DNA of 64,000 bases from Eledone cirrhosa (taxonomy: Eukaryota): the NCBI GenBank assembly GCA_964016885.1, contig OZ024741.1, positions 241,862,001 through 241,926,000 on the forward strand, read 5' to 3'. Position 1 is the stretch's first letter. Each line of letters starts with the position of its first letter. The notes under the pieces are model-generated. The model saw only the letters and a list, made by a program, of their open reading frames with translations. It was not told the origin of the DNA and searched no databases. The translations under genes were made by a program, and so were the position numbers. Shown one piece after another: positions 27,540-40,225 of the stretch.

Positions 27540-29763
27540 ATGGAATTCTTTAAGATCTCTTCTTCTCTAAAAGACATACCTCTACCTAGAAACAAAGACT
27601 TTATTAAACTATTAATAGATAAATCAGACTCTTTTATAAGGAGAATCAGGTGGCGGGCATTCCACTTTGATAAATCTAATACAAATGAAAATGTCTCAGA
27701 CTTAGATAAAGTTTTCAAATCTAAAAAAAATCCACCCCCCCAACAAACTTTTAATTGATTTTGAAAACGATATAATTTCTATCATACAAGGAGTCAAATT
27801 CAAGAGAAACTTCAAAGGCCAGGAATATCTGAAAGGCATTAAGGATAATATTGTGAGGTTAGAGAGAACAGAGAAGATCTTGGTGAAATCGGACAAAACC
27901 AACAACCTCTATGGACTGGATAAAGACATGTATAATGGCCTCATACTGAAAGAACTAAGGAAAAAGTACAAGGTAGCAGATAAGGCTGAACTTGAGAAAA
28001 TGAACGTTGAGGCATCTTGTATAATGCATGAGTTGGAAATTGAGAACAAAACACAACCTTTCTTGCCCAGGAAACCCAAGATCAATATGAAAGATCACAA
28101 AAGAAATTTTGAAAACGACTTGCCAGTCAGATTGATTGCACCATCAAAATCTGACCTGGGTAAACTTAGCAAAAACATTCTAGACAGGGTGATACAGCAA
28201 ATTAAGAACTTGAATTGTTTACCTAACTTAAGCTTGTGGAAGGGAACTGGAGAGGTTATTGAGTGGTTTAAAGAAATTAAATATAACAATAATAATAAAT
28301 TTATTCAACTAGATATTGCTAACTACTATTCATCTATTACCCCTAACCTACTAAATAAGGCACTAAATTATGCATTCAAACATACAGACCTAACTAGCAA
28401 TGAAATGCACATTATACTATCGGCAAGGAAAACATTGATAGAATTTAATAACCAACTATGGACTAGGGCAGATAGAGATAGCAATTTTGACATTACTATG
28501 GGATCATCTGACTCAGCTCAGGTAACAGACCTTGTGGGCCTATTTATAATTAATTCGCTGCATAGGAAAATACCCGGTGCTACCGGAGGATTATATCGAG
28601 ATGACATGCTTTTACTTATTGAAAATAATAACTCTGAACTAAATAGAAAAAGAAAACAAATTATACAAATTTTTAATTACCTTAATCTAAAAATAGAAAT
28701 TGAGAATAACCATAGAATAGTCAATATCCTAGATGTAACATTAAATCTCAACACATGTCTTCACTATCCATTTCACAAGTTAAATGAAAACTTGAATTAT
28801 GTCAACTTTAACTCCAACCACCCCAGATCTGTTAAAAATACTATAGTGAACTCTGTTCAAAAACGTATCTCTAGAATCTCATCTAATAAAAATATTTTCG
28901 ACCAAAAAGCCCAGTATTACAATGAAGCGTTAGCTAGAGCAGGATATAGTGATAAAATTATGTACATCGATAATAATAGACAAACTAACCAAAATAACAA
29001 CAATTTTAATTACGGTAATAACTTTAACAACTATAATAGAAAGAATTACAATAATTCCAAAAACCAGAAAAGAAATAGAACTAGAAACATAATTTGGTTT
29101 GCCCCCCCTTTCTCACTAAACATTAAAACCCACATCGCTAAGCTATTTTTTAATGCTCTTGACAAACGATTCCCTAGAACACATAAGTATCACTCAATTT
29201 TCAATAGACATACTATAAAATTAACCTACTCGTCCACCAAAAATTTAGCACAAAATATTAATAGAATAAATAATAGGAATCTAAAACCTAGCCAAAATAC
29301 CGATAATAGCATAAACAATATTCAAGTAAACAACTGTAACTGTAGAGATAGATCTAAATGCCCGTTAAATAACAATTGCTTAGTTAAAAATATAATATAC
29401 AACTGTAATGTTAAAACTGACTTAAATTCTTTTAATTATGTTGGTTCCCCCTCGACAGAATTTAAACTTCGCTATAATAATCACAAGATTTCTTTCACGG
29501 ATCCAAACAAAAAATCTTCAACATCACTATCAGGCTTACTCTGGCAACTTAAACATGATAACGTTGGATATTCGATGGTTTGGAATATAGTCTCAAGAGG
29601 GATTCCTTTTAACTCCTCCTCTGAGACATGTGACCTCTGCGCGGAGGAGATATTCTTTATACTAAAATCTAAAAATTCCCTTAATTTATGAACCAATTTA
29701 TTCAGTTGCTGCAGACATAGATTGAACTCAACTTTTCAATATAAATATAAATTTAAAATGTAG
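27540..29763 (+). pseudogene. PLE polyprotein: reverse transcriptase + GIY-YIG endonuclease
   Basis: Motifs SLKDIPLP..RRIRWRA, KSDKT, PVRLI, LDIANYYSSI, TMGS, YRDD, LDVTL, SNHP, CNC..CPL, IIY...YVG...FKLRY.NH, CDLC and CRH. One +1 frameshift in the A/C homopolymers near 27,723-27,741, and one TGA at 29,689. Confidence 0.93.
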
Positions 29764-30842
29764 TATATTTACTTAAGACTTTTAATTATTTTAGAAAACT
29801 TGGCGATAAATCTTTCGATTCCTTCAATTCTTTAAACCTTCTTCATGAGTATATAATTAATAATGTAATTAAACTACCTTAAAATGGTGATGCTCCCAAT
29901 CTATTGAATAAAATGTTTAAGCCAGATAAACTTCTATAATAAATATAAGAGCATCTGTAGAACAACCGGGTATCCTAAAGTTTTTTTTGAAAGATTTCTG
30001 CTAAATAAGTTTGGTGAATAATTTTGGTTTTGTTTGCTTTTGATTCTGATTGCTTCTAATGAACTTGGCAATATATTGTCAAATAAATTGGAAGGATTGA
30101 TTGATATGCGGGACACACTGTGTTTTATTACGGCCCTAGATATTCTGGGGAGTGAAATATTCTTGGCGTTTTTAATATTTTAATATATTGATATCTGCTC
30201 TATTCTATGCTTGAACGATAATCATGTAAGAGAGGGCAAGAATATTATTATTATTAATAATGTATATTTTATGTATATATATATATGTATGTACATATAT
30301 GTATGGTAAAATCTTTTTTAACGCAATGAAGATTTTCATGTGAAATAAAAATTTACAGAGCTGATCACGTAAACTCACATGTGTCTATAATGTCAATTTG
30401 AGATAACCTTCTCTTTTCTTTCTCTTTTTTCTTTTTCTCTTTTTTCATGAAAATACATATATACTTATGTATTTCAGTATTTTTTTGAAGTTTTATCTCA
30501 GATTTTGATTATAAACCTAAGAATTTTTAAACTAAACATATAGTCATTATTTTTTCACACATTATTGATATGTGTCTCATTCATGAATATTGATATTTAC
30601 ATTATAATTCATAGGAATTGATAGACTGATGAAACATAATATTTGAAAACTATCATTTTTATTTCTAAGTATATCTCCTCTCCTCCCCCCTCTACACTTG
30701 ACGGGACTTATGTATCGGCTGTTTTAACTCTATTTCCTGTATCTCACCCCTCCCCTATCTCTCCCACCTCGTATAATAGATATTACTCGATCTACCTCTC
30801 CTTATTTATTTTTGTTTTTATTTCTCCCCGTATCCTTAACAC

Positions 30843-30875
<33 letters not shown>

Positions 30876-31118
30876 ACAGTACCCCCTTCCCTCATAAATC
30901 TCTCATTTGGTGTTTTTCTCTTTACATACATTTCTTCATCTTCTTCACCTTCCGCTCTTTCTTTTTCTTTTTTTCTTCCTTCTTTTTCTTTTTTCTTTTT
31001 TCTCCGTCTTTCTTTCTAACTGTCCTTAACATTTTCACTACCATAACAACTTTTTAAATGGAAGTTGTAAAATTTTTTAAGGTATGTCAAATTTATTTAT
31101 AAAACTGTTTATATATTG

Positions 31119-31184
31119 TATTTTGTCTGAAGAGGGCATACCATATTTTTAATATGATATCCCTGAAATATATATAATGAAATA
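31119..31184 (+). ncRNA. Type-I hammerhead ribozyme in the 3' pLTR
   Basis: Identical to 27,294-27,359. Confidence 0.85.
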
Positions 31185-31311
31185 AATATGGTTTTATAAA
31201 TGTAGTTTCCATTTGTTTAATATCGTAAAATACTCCAAAACTTGTTGAGTGCTTTTATATAGGTTATAAAATATTTACTCGTTGTAACCCAACAATTTTA
31301 AATAAAACTTT

Positions 31312-31340
<29 letters not shown>

Positions 31341-31346
<6 letters not shown>

Positions 31347-31735
31347 GTGTTAAACAATATTCAGTAAGTATGTCAAAGAATGAGTTTTACAGCAGATTGG
31401 AAGCACTCTAGGGAAAAATAATTTTCTGGAGTTATTAATATTAAAATATAAATATTAATAAAATAGCTGTTCTTTTAATCAATTACATTTTATTATACAT
31501 ATTTCGGATATACAACAGTACGTCCTCATCAGACAAAATATAATGATACATAACATTCCTTGAGATGTTAAATGGTTAAATCTTGATTAAATCTTAACCA
31601 GTTAACATCTCAGGGTATGTCATGTATCATTATATTTTGTCTGATGAGGACGTACTGTTGTACCTCCGAAATATGTATAATAAAATGTAATTGATCAAAA
31701 GAACATCTATTTTATTAATATTTATATTTTAATAT
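31341..31735. mobile_element. Non-coding PLE pLTR fold-back insertion
   Basis: Arms about 31,438-31,579 / 31,594-31,735; hammerhead in each arm; tail 31,341-31,437 homologous to 2,251-2,344. Confidence 0.85.
31633..31687 (+). ncRNA. Type-I hammerhead ribozyme (mirror copy on minus strand at 31,486-31,540)
   Basis: Stem I TATTTTGT/ATAAAATG; CTGATGA; stem II GGACGTAC/GTACCTCC; GAAA-T-ATGT-A-TA. Confidence 0.88.
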
Positions 31736-31744
31736 ATATATATA

Positions 31745-31998
31745 TAGTGAAAGATTGAAGAATAACATGGTCGGCTGTACAATAAAGGGTTTATTTCAAG
31801 TATTAACAATTGTTTCATTGATCAGGTTAGTCTAAAGGCCGCTAATCACTCAAAGTTGTGTCACTCAACCTTAAATACAGTGTTTACCTCTGATCAAATC
31901 ATCGGAATACTGGAGAATTTTACATATGTCATTGGTATATATACAGGGTACTCCCAACCTCTAACTGGATTATGTATAACAATAACTTGTTATCCCAT
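31745..31998. mobile_element. PLE-like pLTR remnant of the 7,391-7,813 family
   Basis: Shares TAACATGGT...GTACAATAA.GG.TTTATT, ACAATTGTTTC and AACTTGTTATCCC; TA flanks. Confidence 0.6.
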
Positions 31999-32040
31999 AT
32001 ATATATATATGTATATATATATATGTATATATATATATAT

Positions 32041-32290
32041 CATCATCATCATCGTTTAACGTCCATCTTCCACGCTAGCATGGGTTTGGACGGGAGTTTT
32101 CCCACTTGAGGCAAGATTGGTTGTCTTGCTCGTATAGGACTGTCTGGCAGGTTTTCTACGGCTGGATGCCCTTCCTAACACCAACCACGTTTACAGTGTG
32201 GACTGGGAGGTTTTTACCGTGTTACCTACACGGCCACATTACAGCGTGGACTGTGTTTTTTTGTCGTGACACCTACACGACCTCATTTGT
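32041..32290 (-). mobile_element. RTE-related SINE-like repeat
   Basis: Same family as 156-420. Confidence 0.7.
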
Positions 32291-32622
32291 TTTGGACTGG
32301 ATGTTGTGGTACCAACATAACTTTACATTGAAGGGGTGGTGTAGATGGGGTGGGGGTAGTGGGACAGGGGTGTATTTTTGTTAGAGGTGCCTACTGACTG
32401 TAGGTTTCGCTTTATACTTAGGCAAGGCGGGTCTTTATATATATATGTATGTCTGTGTGTGTGGTGTGTATATATATATATAATAAATGTAATCTGAGTT
32501 TTTCAAACGAATATTAATAATAATATTCGCTTTGTTTGCAACTATGCAAACAAACCTCATTTTTAAAGCCATGTCAGTAAAATGAGCCCCTCATTCTTGT
32601 TCTTGTGTTGGCATGTAAACAG

Positions 32623-32670
32623 AACTGCAGACACTAATGTTTCTGGGTATCAACCTTCATCAGTACAGTT
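32623..32670 (-). ncRNA. Type-I hammerhead ribozyme
   Basis: Minus strand: AACTGTA-CTGATGA-AGGTTGATACCCA-GAAA-CA-TTAG-TG-TC-TGCAGTT; GUC triplet; weak stem II. Confidence 0.7.
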
Positions 32671-33059
32671 CACTGTTAACCTGCCAATTGTCAGAGCTAA
32701 TGAAAATATATGATATTTTCTAAAATATGCAGTGACTGATCGGTCTGATTTGCATATTAGCAGATGACTGATCAGTCAGATCTGCATATTAGCAGATCCC
32801 CTAATCAGCCAGATTTGCATATCAGCAGACTGGCCAGTCAGTTTCCTGTATACGAGCGATAAATGGCCGACTTTGCCACATTCAAATAAAAAATAAAATG
32901 TTCACTCTACATGACAGAATACAATAAATGTAATCTGAGTTTTTTGAATATTAATAATAATATTTGATTCGTTTGTAATTATGCAAACAAACCTCATTTT
33001 TAAAGCCATGTCAGTGGAATGAGCACCTCATTCTTGCTCTTTTGTTGGCATCTAAACAG

Positions 33060-33107
33060 AACTGCAGACACTAATGTTTCTGGGTATTACCCTTCATCAG
33101 TACAGTT
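33060..33107 (-). ncRNA. Type-I hammerhead ribozyme
   Basis: Minus strand: AACTGTA-CTGATGA-A-GGGT-AAT-ACCC-A-GAAACATTAGTGTC-TGCAGTT. Confidence 0.78.
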
Positions 33108-33189
33108 CACTGTTCACCTGCCAACTGTCAGAGCTAGTGAAAATATATGATATTTTTGATATTTTCTTTTTTTCTTTTATTATATATAT

Positions 33190-33290
33190 CGAGGTTGACT
33201 TTGCCTTTCATCCTTATGGGGTCGATAAAATAAAGTACCAGTAATGCACTGGGTAATTGCTGGCCTTGTGCCTAAAGTAGAAACAATTAT
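33190..33290 (+). mobile_element. 5'-truncated Meta-domain SINE
   Basis: Matches 1,647-1,747. Confidence 0.85.
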
Positions 33291-33479
33291 ATATAATTAT
33301 ATATATACATATCATCATCATCGTTATGTGTATATACAAAGATAGTAGTTCATTAATTTGCTACTCGGAGTTTTGCAAACAGCACATTCCTCAAGGCAAA
33401 AAATTCCAAGATACTTTTTTGGCCTGAAGTATTATGTGGAATAGAAAACTATCAATTGTAATGAAGTGAATTATCAGCT

Positions 33480-33516
33480 TTGTGTGTGTATTTATATATA
33501 TATATATATGCATGCA

Positions 33517-33550
<34 letters not shown>

Positions 33551-33563
33551 ATGCATTTAGGTT

Positions 33564-33602
<39 letters not shown>

Positions 33603-33775
33603 ATATATATATACCCTGTGTCAAGTACACATTCTCTTGTTTGTGAAACAAAGAAATAAACACATGTATACTGTATATGTATGTATACACATACACACAT
33701 ATGTATGTATGAATGTACACCTGTATGTACATACATTTATATATATATATGTATACATTAATACATATATATCTT

Positions 33776-33816
<41 letters not shown>

Positions 33817-34139
33817 ATACATACATACATGCATTCATACATGCATACATACATGCATACATACATACATACATACATACACACATAAATACATACATAC
33901 ATACATACATGCATACATACACACATACATACATGCATACATACATACACACATACATACATACATACACACATATATACATACATACATACATACACAC
34001 ATACACACATACATACATACATACATACATACATACATACATACATACATACATACATACACCCGTGTACACACTTATAAAATGACTATTTCTGTAGAAT
34101 CCCTCCAGACTTCTCTCCTTAATCATTATCTCTGTCATG

Positions 34140-34170
<31 letters not shown>

Positions 34171-34507
34171 TGACGACTATGACGTTAATTAATGTGTGAT
34201 TCAATTTTCATTTATCAACAACGTAAGGGACCATGGCGTTGGTGTTATTGTTGTCGTAGTAGTACTAGTTTTCATTGTTGATGTTCTTACTGTTGTTGTA
34301 CATCTAAAACTTCATTCTTGTGTCATTAGGTTTCGTATCCCCACCCCCACACACACATACACTACCCGACCACCACCACACCACTGCACGCTGCTGCAAT
34401 CTACCACCCTGGGGCACCCCTGTCTACTACTACTACTACTGCTGTGGTGGTGGTGGTGGTGGTGCTGCTACTACTACTACAACTATTATCACCACTACTA
34501 CTTCGAG

Positions 34508-34561
<54 letters not shown>

Positions 34562-34840
34562 TACTACCAACTTACTACTACCAATACTAACTACTCCTAC
34601 TACCATCACCATTACTACTACCACCACCACCACTACTCCTACTACCTCTACTACTACTACCACTACAACTACCACCATCACCACTACAACTATAATCACC
34701 ACTACTACTACTATACCACCACCACTACTACCGCCACCACCACCACTACTACTACTATTACCTCTACTACCACCACCACTACCACTACCACCACTACCAC
34801 CACTACCAACACCACTACTACTACTACCACCACCACCACC

Positions 34841-34882
<42 letters not shown>

Positions 34883-35290
34883 GTGCCACACTAATTACAT
34901 TACAAATCACCTGCCTCTAGCATCAAAAATCAAAAATATACTCCAACATACACCAAAACTCTCTCTTTCTCTCACCCTCTTTATTTTCTCTACCTTTCTC
35001 ACCCTTCTCTCTCTCTTTCTTCTCATACACTTTCTTTTATCTCACTCTCTTTCTCTTACTCTCTCTTTGCCCTCACTACTTCTAACTCTCTTTTCTCAGT
35101 CTCTCTCCCACACACTCTCCATCTTCCATCCCCCTCCCCCTCTCTCTTTTTCTCTTTCGTTTTCTCTCCCTTTTTCTCATCCACAATTTCATACTAATAC
35201 CACTGCCATACCATTCTTCTTCTTCTTCTTCTTCTTCTTCTTCTTCTTCTTCTTCTTCTTCTTCTTCTTCTTCTTCTTCTTCTTCTTGTG
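33480..35290. repeat. Microsatellite cluster: (TA), (TACA), (ACA), (CTA/CCA), (CT), (TTC)
   Basis: Direct reading. Confidence 0.92.
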
Positions 35291-35776
35291 GTTGTTGCTT
35301 CACCCAAGATCCACTTTTACCATGTAAACCTACAATCAAAGGCATTCCAGCCATAGTTATCTCTTTTATATATATTTTTGACTTTAGCTCCATATTCAAA
35401 GATGGTAGGGTATGATTTAACAATTTTCATACCACGCAGCTTCTGTTTCTATGAAATAAAATCACCCATTTTAAAGGATTCCTACTTAAATTGAAAACTT
35501 CCAACATAATTTTCTTATGTTACAAATATCATTTTAAGTAAATTATAATTCATCGTTGTCATTTTAACATCCACTTTCCCTGCTAGGATGGGTTGGATAA
35601 GTCTACATAGACCAAGTCAGAACTGAAGTGGGACTACTGATTTCCCAGACAGGCAAGGGTCTCGCTTATATATTGTCTCACATTCTATTGCGTTCACAGG
35701 AGAGGTTGTTATGTCTTTGACACAACTGAAGGGTCCTCCTAACCCTTTGTTTGGCAAGCTTTCTAGTAAATAATTA

Positions 35777-35860
35777 CTGTATATACTCGTATATAAGTCA
35801 AGAAATATGTGACAAAAAAAATCAATTGTAAAATGGGGAATCGGCTTATATTCGAGGTCA
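35777..35860 (+). mobile_element. Solo terminus of a Tc2/pogo-like DNA transposon
   Basis: TA|CTGTATATACTCGTATATAAGTC with the inverted subterminal motif CGGCTTATATTCGAG. Confidence 0.4.
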
Positions 35861-36877
35861 ATATTTTTTTCATTTTCGCCAACTTCAAATTATATGTAAA
35901 TCAGGAACTAAAATATTTTTACTTTGGAGGTGAAATTTGTTTTTCCTATTGTTTTTTTTTTTACTGTTTTGAAAGAATATAGCCTTCATAATAGTCAGAA
36001 ATTGATAAAAAAAAAAAAAGTCATTACATGATGGAGTTGTAAAACCAAAACTATACTCTAAATGACATTTAAAACATTTTAAATATCAAAATATTGCAAC
36101 TTCATAAATATATATTCCATTAATGAGAATTGAGAATTTCAAAACTGCATTATCTGAACATAATGTGTTTATTAGCTGCCTCAACACAGCATGATGTGAA
36201 GGACAGCTCTGCCTTATCCTGGTGTGGAGAAATGTGAGGTGACCTCAACAACAAATCATTTTGTTCTGTTACTAGAGCTTTTGATATTGTTAATACAGTA
36301 AAAAAGGATGATAAGTCCTCAGACCGTTGGAGCAGTATGAAAATGAAACATCTTGCTCAAGGTATTTGTCTGATATTCTTGTGATTTTAGACACAGTATG
36401 ACTGACTAATTAAGGAGTTTGATTCTCAACCAGTAGGTCCCAGGTTTGACCCTAGTGCATGATATCTTGGGTAAGTATCATTTACCATAGATGTGGATCA
36501 GCCCATGTCTTGTGAATGAAATTGGATAGATGGAAACTGTTTAGAAACCCATCTGATGTACTGTACCTATTTCATCTGAATCTCCCTGAGAATTATGTTA
36601 AGGTTTTTATGTGTCTGTGGAATGCTCAGCCACTTGCATATTAATTTCATGAGTATGCTGTTCCATTGATTGAACAACTAAAATACTCATCACCTTGTCA
36701 CATTCCAATAGTTCTGCTTCTTTACCATCTTAAATCACACACAATCATCTGTAAAAGGAAGGACATATTGGTAAAGCAAATGTCTGCTTGATCAGAGTTT
36801 ATATAGCACTAGGTACTTAATGGCTGATACAATCTCATACCAGTTGATATATCCTCCTGGTAAACAAATTGTGAATA

Positions 36878-37078
36878 TCTGAGACTTTTAATCTCAGGAT
36901 GTCAACTATTTGAGATGTCAAATACATGAGACAGTCCTTCAACTTGAGATGTCAAATACCTGAGAAAACCTGTCAACTTGGGTTGTCCAATATCTGAGAG
37001 AATCTTTTAACTCAGGATTTTTAATATGTAAAAGATACCTTTAACTCAAGATGTCAAATATCTGAGAAAATCCTTCAG
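36878..37078 (+). repeat. Degenerate ~33-bp minisatellite
   Basis: Recurring CTGAGA...AACTCA.GATGTCAAATA. Confidence 0.7.
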
Positions 37079-37439
37079 CTGGTCAGGACAACATTCAAGT
37101 TATGTTGTAAAAATGGTTACAACACTAAACCAACACTGCAATACCATTGAATTAACACTACTAGACTTGTGATCAGCTTGTCATGGGTTCATTTCTTGTA
37201 CCAGATGATGTGTTGTGTTCTTCAGTAAAACACTTCATTTCACATTGCTCCAGTCCAGTCAACTGAAAATTAATACTAGCAGTAGCTGGGGGGTTAACCC
37301 TGTGATAGACTAGCATCTTATCCAGGGGAAGTCTTGTACTCTCACTCACTTAAGGTCAATGAAACTGGGATAAGCACTGGTCTGGTGAGCTTCTGGGCTT
37401 GGTACAGGCTATAACAACACTACAATATTATAATGCCAT

Positions 37440-38945
37440 TACACTAACAGGACAATACCACTACAACAACAGAACTCCAAGAACAACACCACTATAACAA
37501 CAACACTACACTAACACCACTACAACAACATCACCACCACTGCAACAACACTACAACAACAACAACACTACAGCAACACCACTTCAACAACAACACCACC
37601 ACTACATCAACAACACCGTTATGACAATGCCATCTCTACAACAACATTACTATAACAACACCACTACAACACCACGACTACAACAACACCACATTAACAA
37701 CACAACTACAACACCACCAACTACAACAACACCGCACCAACAACACCACCATCACAAGTAAACCACTACAACACCACTACAAAACCACCACTACAACACC
37801 ACCACTACAACAACATGATCACCACTACAACACCACCACTACAACATCACCACCACTACAACACCACCACTACAACACCACCACTACAACAACACCACTA
37901 CAACCTCACAACTATTACAACACCACTACAACACCACCACTACAACAACACCACTACAACCTCACAACTATTACAACACCACTACAACATCACCACTTCA
38001 ACAACACCACTACAACCTCACAACTATTACAACACCACTACAACATCACCACTTCAACAACTCCACTACAACCTCACAACTATTACAACACCACTACAAC
38101 ACCACCACTATAACCTCACAACTATTACAACACCACTACAACCTCACAACTATTACAACACCACTACAACAACACCACTACAACATCACCACTACAACCT
38201 CACAACTATTACAACACCACTACAACAACACCACTACAACCTCACAACTATTACAACACCACTACAACACCACCACTACAACAACACCACTACAACACCA
38301 CCACTACAACAACACCACTACAACCTCACAACTATTACAACACCACTACAACACCACCACTACAACAACACCACTACAACTTCACAACTATTACAACACC
38401 ACTACAACAACACCACTACAACAACACCACTACAACCTCACAACTATTACAACACCACTACAACAACACCACTACAACAACACCACTACAACATCACCAC
38501 TACAACATCACCACTACAACCTCACAGCTATTACAACACCACTACAACACCACCACTACAACAACACCACTACAACACCACCACTACAACAACACCACTA
38601 CAACCTCACAACTATTCCAACACCATTACAACACCACCACTACAACAACACCACTACAACCTCACAACTATTACAACACCACTACAACACCACCACTACA
38701 ACACCACCACTACAACAACACCACTACAACCTCACAACTATTACAACACCACTACAACACCACCACTACAACACCACCACTACAACAACACCACTACAAT
38801 CTCACAACTATTCCAACACCATTACAACACCACCACTACAACAACACCACTACAACCTCACAACTATTCCAACATCATTACAACACCACCACTACAACAT
38901 CACCACTACAACCTCACAACTATTACAACACCACTACAACAACAC
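37440..38945 (+). repeat. ACA/ACC/ACT array with a higher-order unit
   Basis: The landmark CAACCTCACAACTATTACAACACCACTA repeats many times from about 37,900. Confidence 0.92.
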
Positions 38946-39314
38946 TGCAGCAAAAACTGTGTCAACATTCTTACATTCGAGAAAAAAAATCAATTAAAAT
39001 TTTATTTTAAGTCAAAAATGTTTAAACTAAGACAAAAAAAAATAACTCCCACTTTATATTTAACATTTTTGCTAATTCTTCATCTCCACCATTTTAACTC
39101 CCTTTTTTTAAAACTCTCCCCTATACTTACCCCACCCTGCCCCCTCGCTTTTATCCCCTCCCCATTACCAACCTACTCCTCCCTCCTGTCTCTCTCTCTA
39201 ATCTAATCTATAGGTTCCTTATTAAAAGCTAATGGAGTCAGGCAGAATATAATTAAACTTGCAGTTGCCTCCAACTCAATTGTAGAGACTGGTGTTTATC
39301 TCATTACACTACCC

Positions 39315-40200
39315 ATGACGATGATGATGATGGTGTTGATGATGGTGGTGGTGGTGGTGGTGGTGGTGGTGGTGGTGGTGGTGGTGGTGGTGTTGATGTT
39401 GGTGTTGGTGGTGGTGGTGGTGGTGATGGTGGTGGTGGTGATGGTGGTGGTGGTGGTGATGGTGGTGATGGTGGTGGTGGTGGTGGTGGTGATGGTGGTG
39501 GTGGTGGTGTGGGGTGTGTGGGGGTAGTGGGGGGTAGTGGTGGGTAGTGGTGGGGGGGATGGCAGTTGTGGCGATGATGATGATGGTGTTGATGTTGGTG
39601 GTGGTGGTGGCGGTGGCGGCGGCGGTGGTGGTAGTGGTAGTGGTGATGATGGTGATGGTGGTGGTGGTGATGGTGGTGGTGGTTGTGGTGATGGTGGTGG
39701 TGGTAGTGATGGTGATTATGGTACTGGGGATGATGATGATGGTGGTAATGATGGTGGTGGTGGTGGTGGTAGTGGTGGTGGTGGTGGTGGTGTTGGTGGT
39801 GATGGTGTTGGTGGTGGTGGTGTTGGTGATTATAGTGGTGTTATGATGATGATTTTGGTAGTGGAGGTGGCGCTGGTGGTTGTAGTAGTTGTCATTGTCA
39901 TCATCATGGTGATGGTGATGGTTGTGATGTGATGATGAGAAGAGTATGGTGATGACAATGATGATGATGTTGGCAATGATGATGGTGATGATGATGACAG
40001 TGATGATGACAATGGTGATGATGATGATGATGATGACGATGATGATGATGATGATGATGACAATGATGATGATGATGATGACAATAATGAATTCAGTGAT
40101 GACGATGATGATGATGATGATGAAGTCAATGATGTTGTTGATGTTGATGATGGCGATGATGATGATGATGAAGTCCATGATGTTGATGATTATGATGATA
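39315..40200 (+). repeat. (GGT)n/(GAT)n trinucleotide array
   Basis: Direct reading. Confidence 0.95.
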
Positions 40201-40225
40201 CACACATTATTGCTGCTGCTGTTGT

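Larger units (their letters stand above)
26717..31320 (+). mobile_element. Near-intact Penelope-like retroelement
   Basis: Inverted partial pLTR 26,717-26,951 (reverse complement of 27,171-27,402); direct repeats 26,951-27,495 and 30,776-31,320 (offset 3,825, almost identical); RT + GIY-YIG ORF; (TA)n on both sides. Confidence 0.95.
32482..33160 (-). mobile_element. Retrozyme-like / non-autonomous PLE partial tandem (~440-bp unit)
   Basis: Direct repeat of about 32,482-32,720 at about 32,923-33,155, each with a hammerhead; no ORF. Confidence 0.8.

Noticed and set aside
27723-27741. Programmed frameshift in the PLE ORF
   Set aside because: It is a single extra base in adjacent homopolymers; PLEs normally have one ORF, so slippage or a read error is more likely.
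29689-29691. In-frame TGA in the PLE ORF as a possible selenocysteine
   Set aside because: It aligns with the Arg of LN.R (INDRTE in the 980-1,198 fragment), not a Cys; a point mutation from an Arg codon is the simpler explanation.
30620-30660. CTGATGA...GAAA as another hammerhead
   Set aside because: Stems I and III cannot be formed convincingly.
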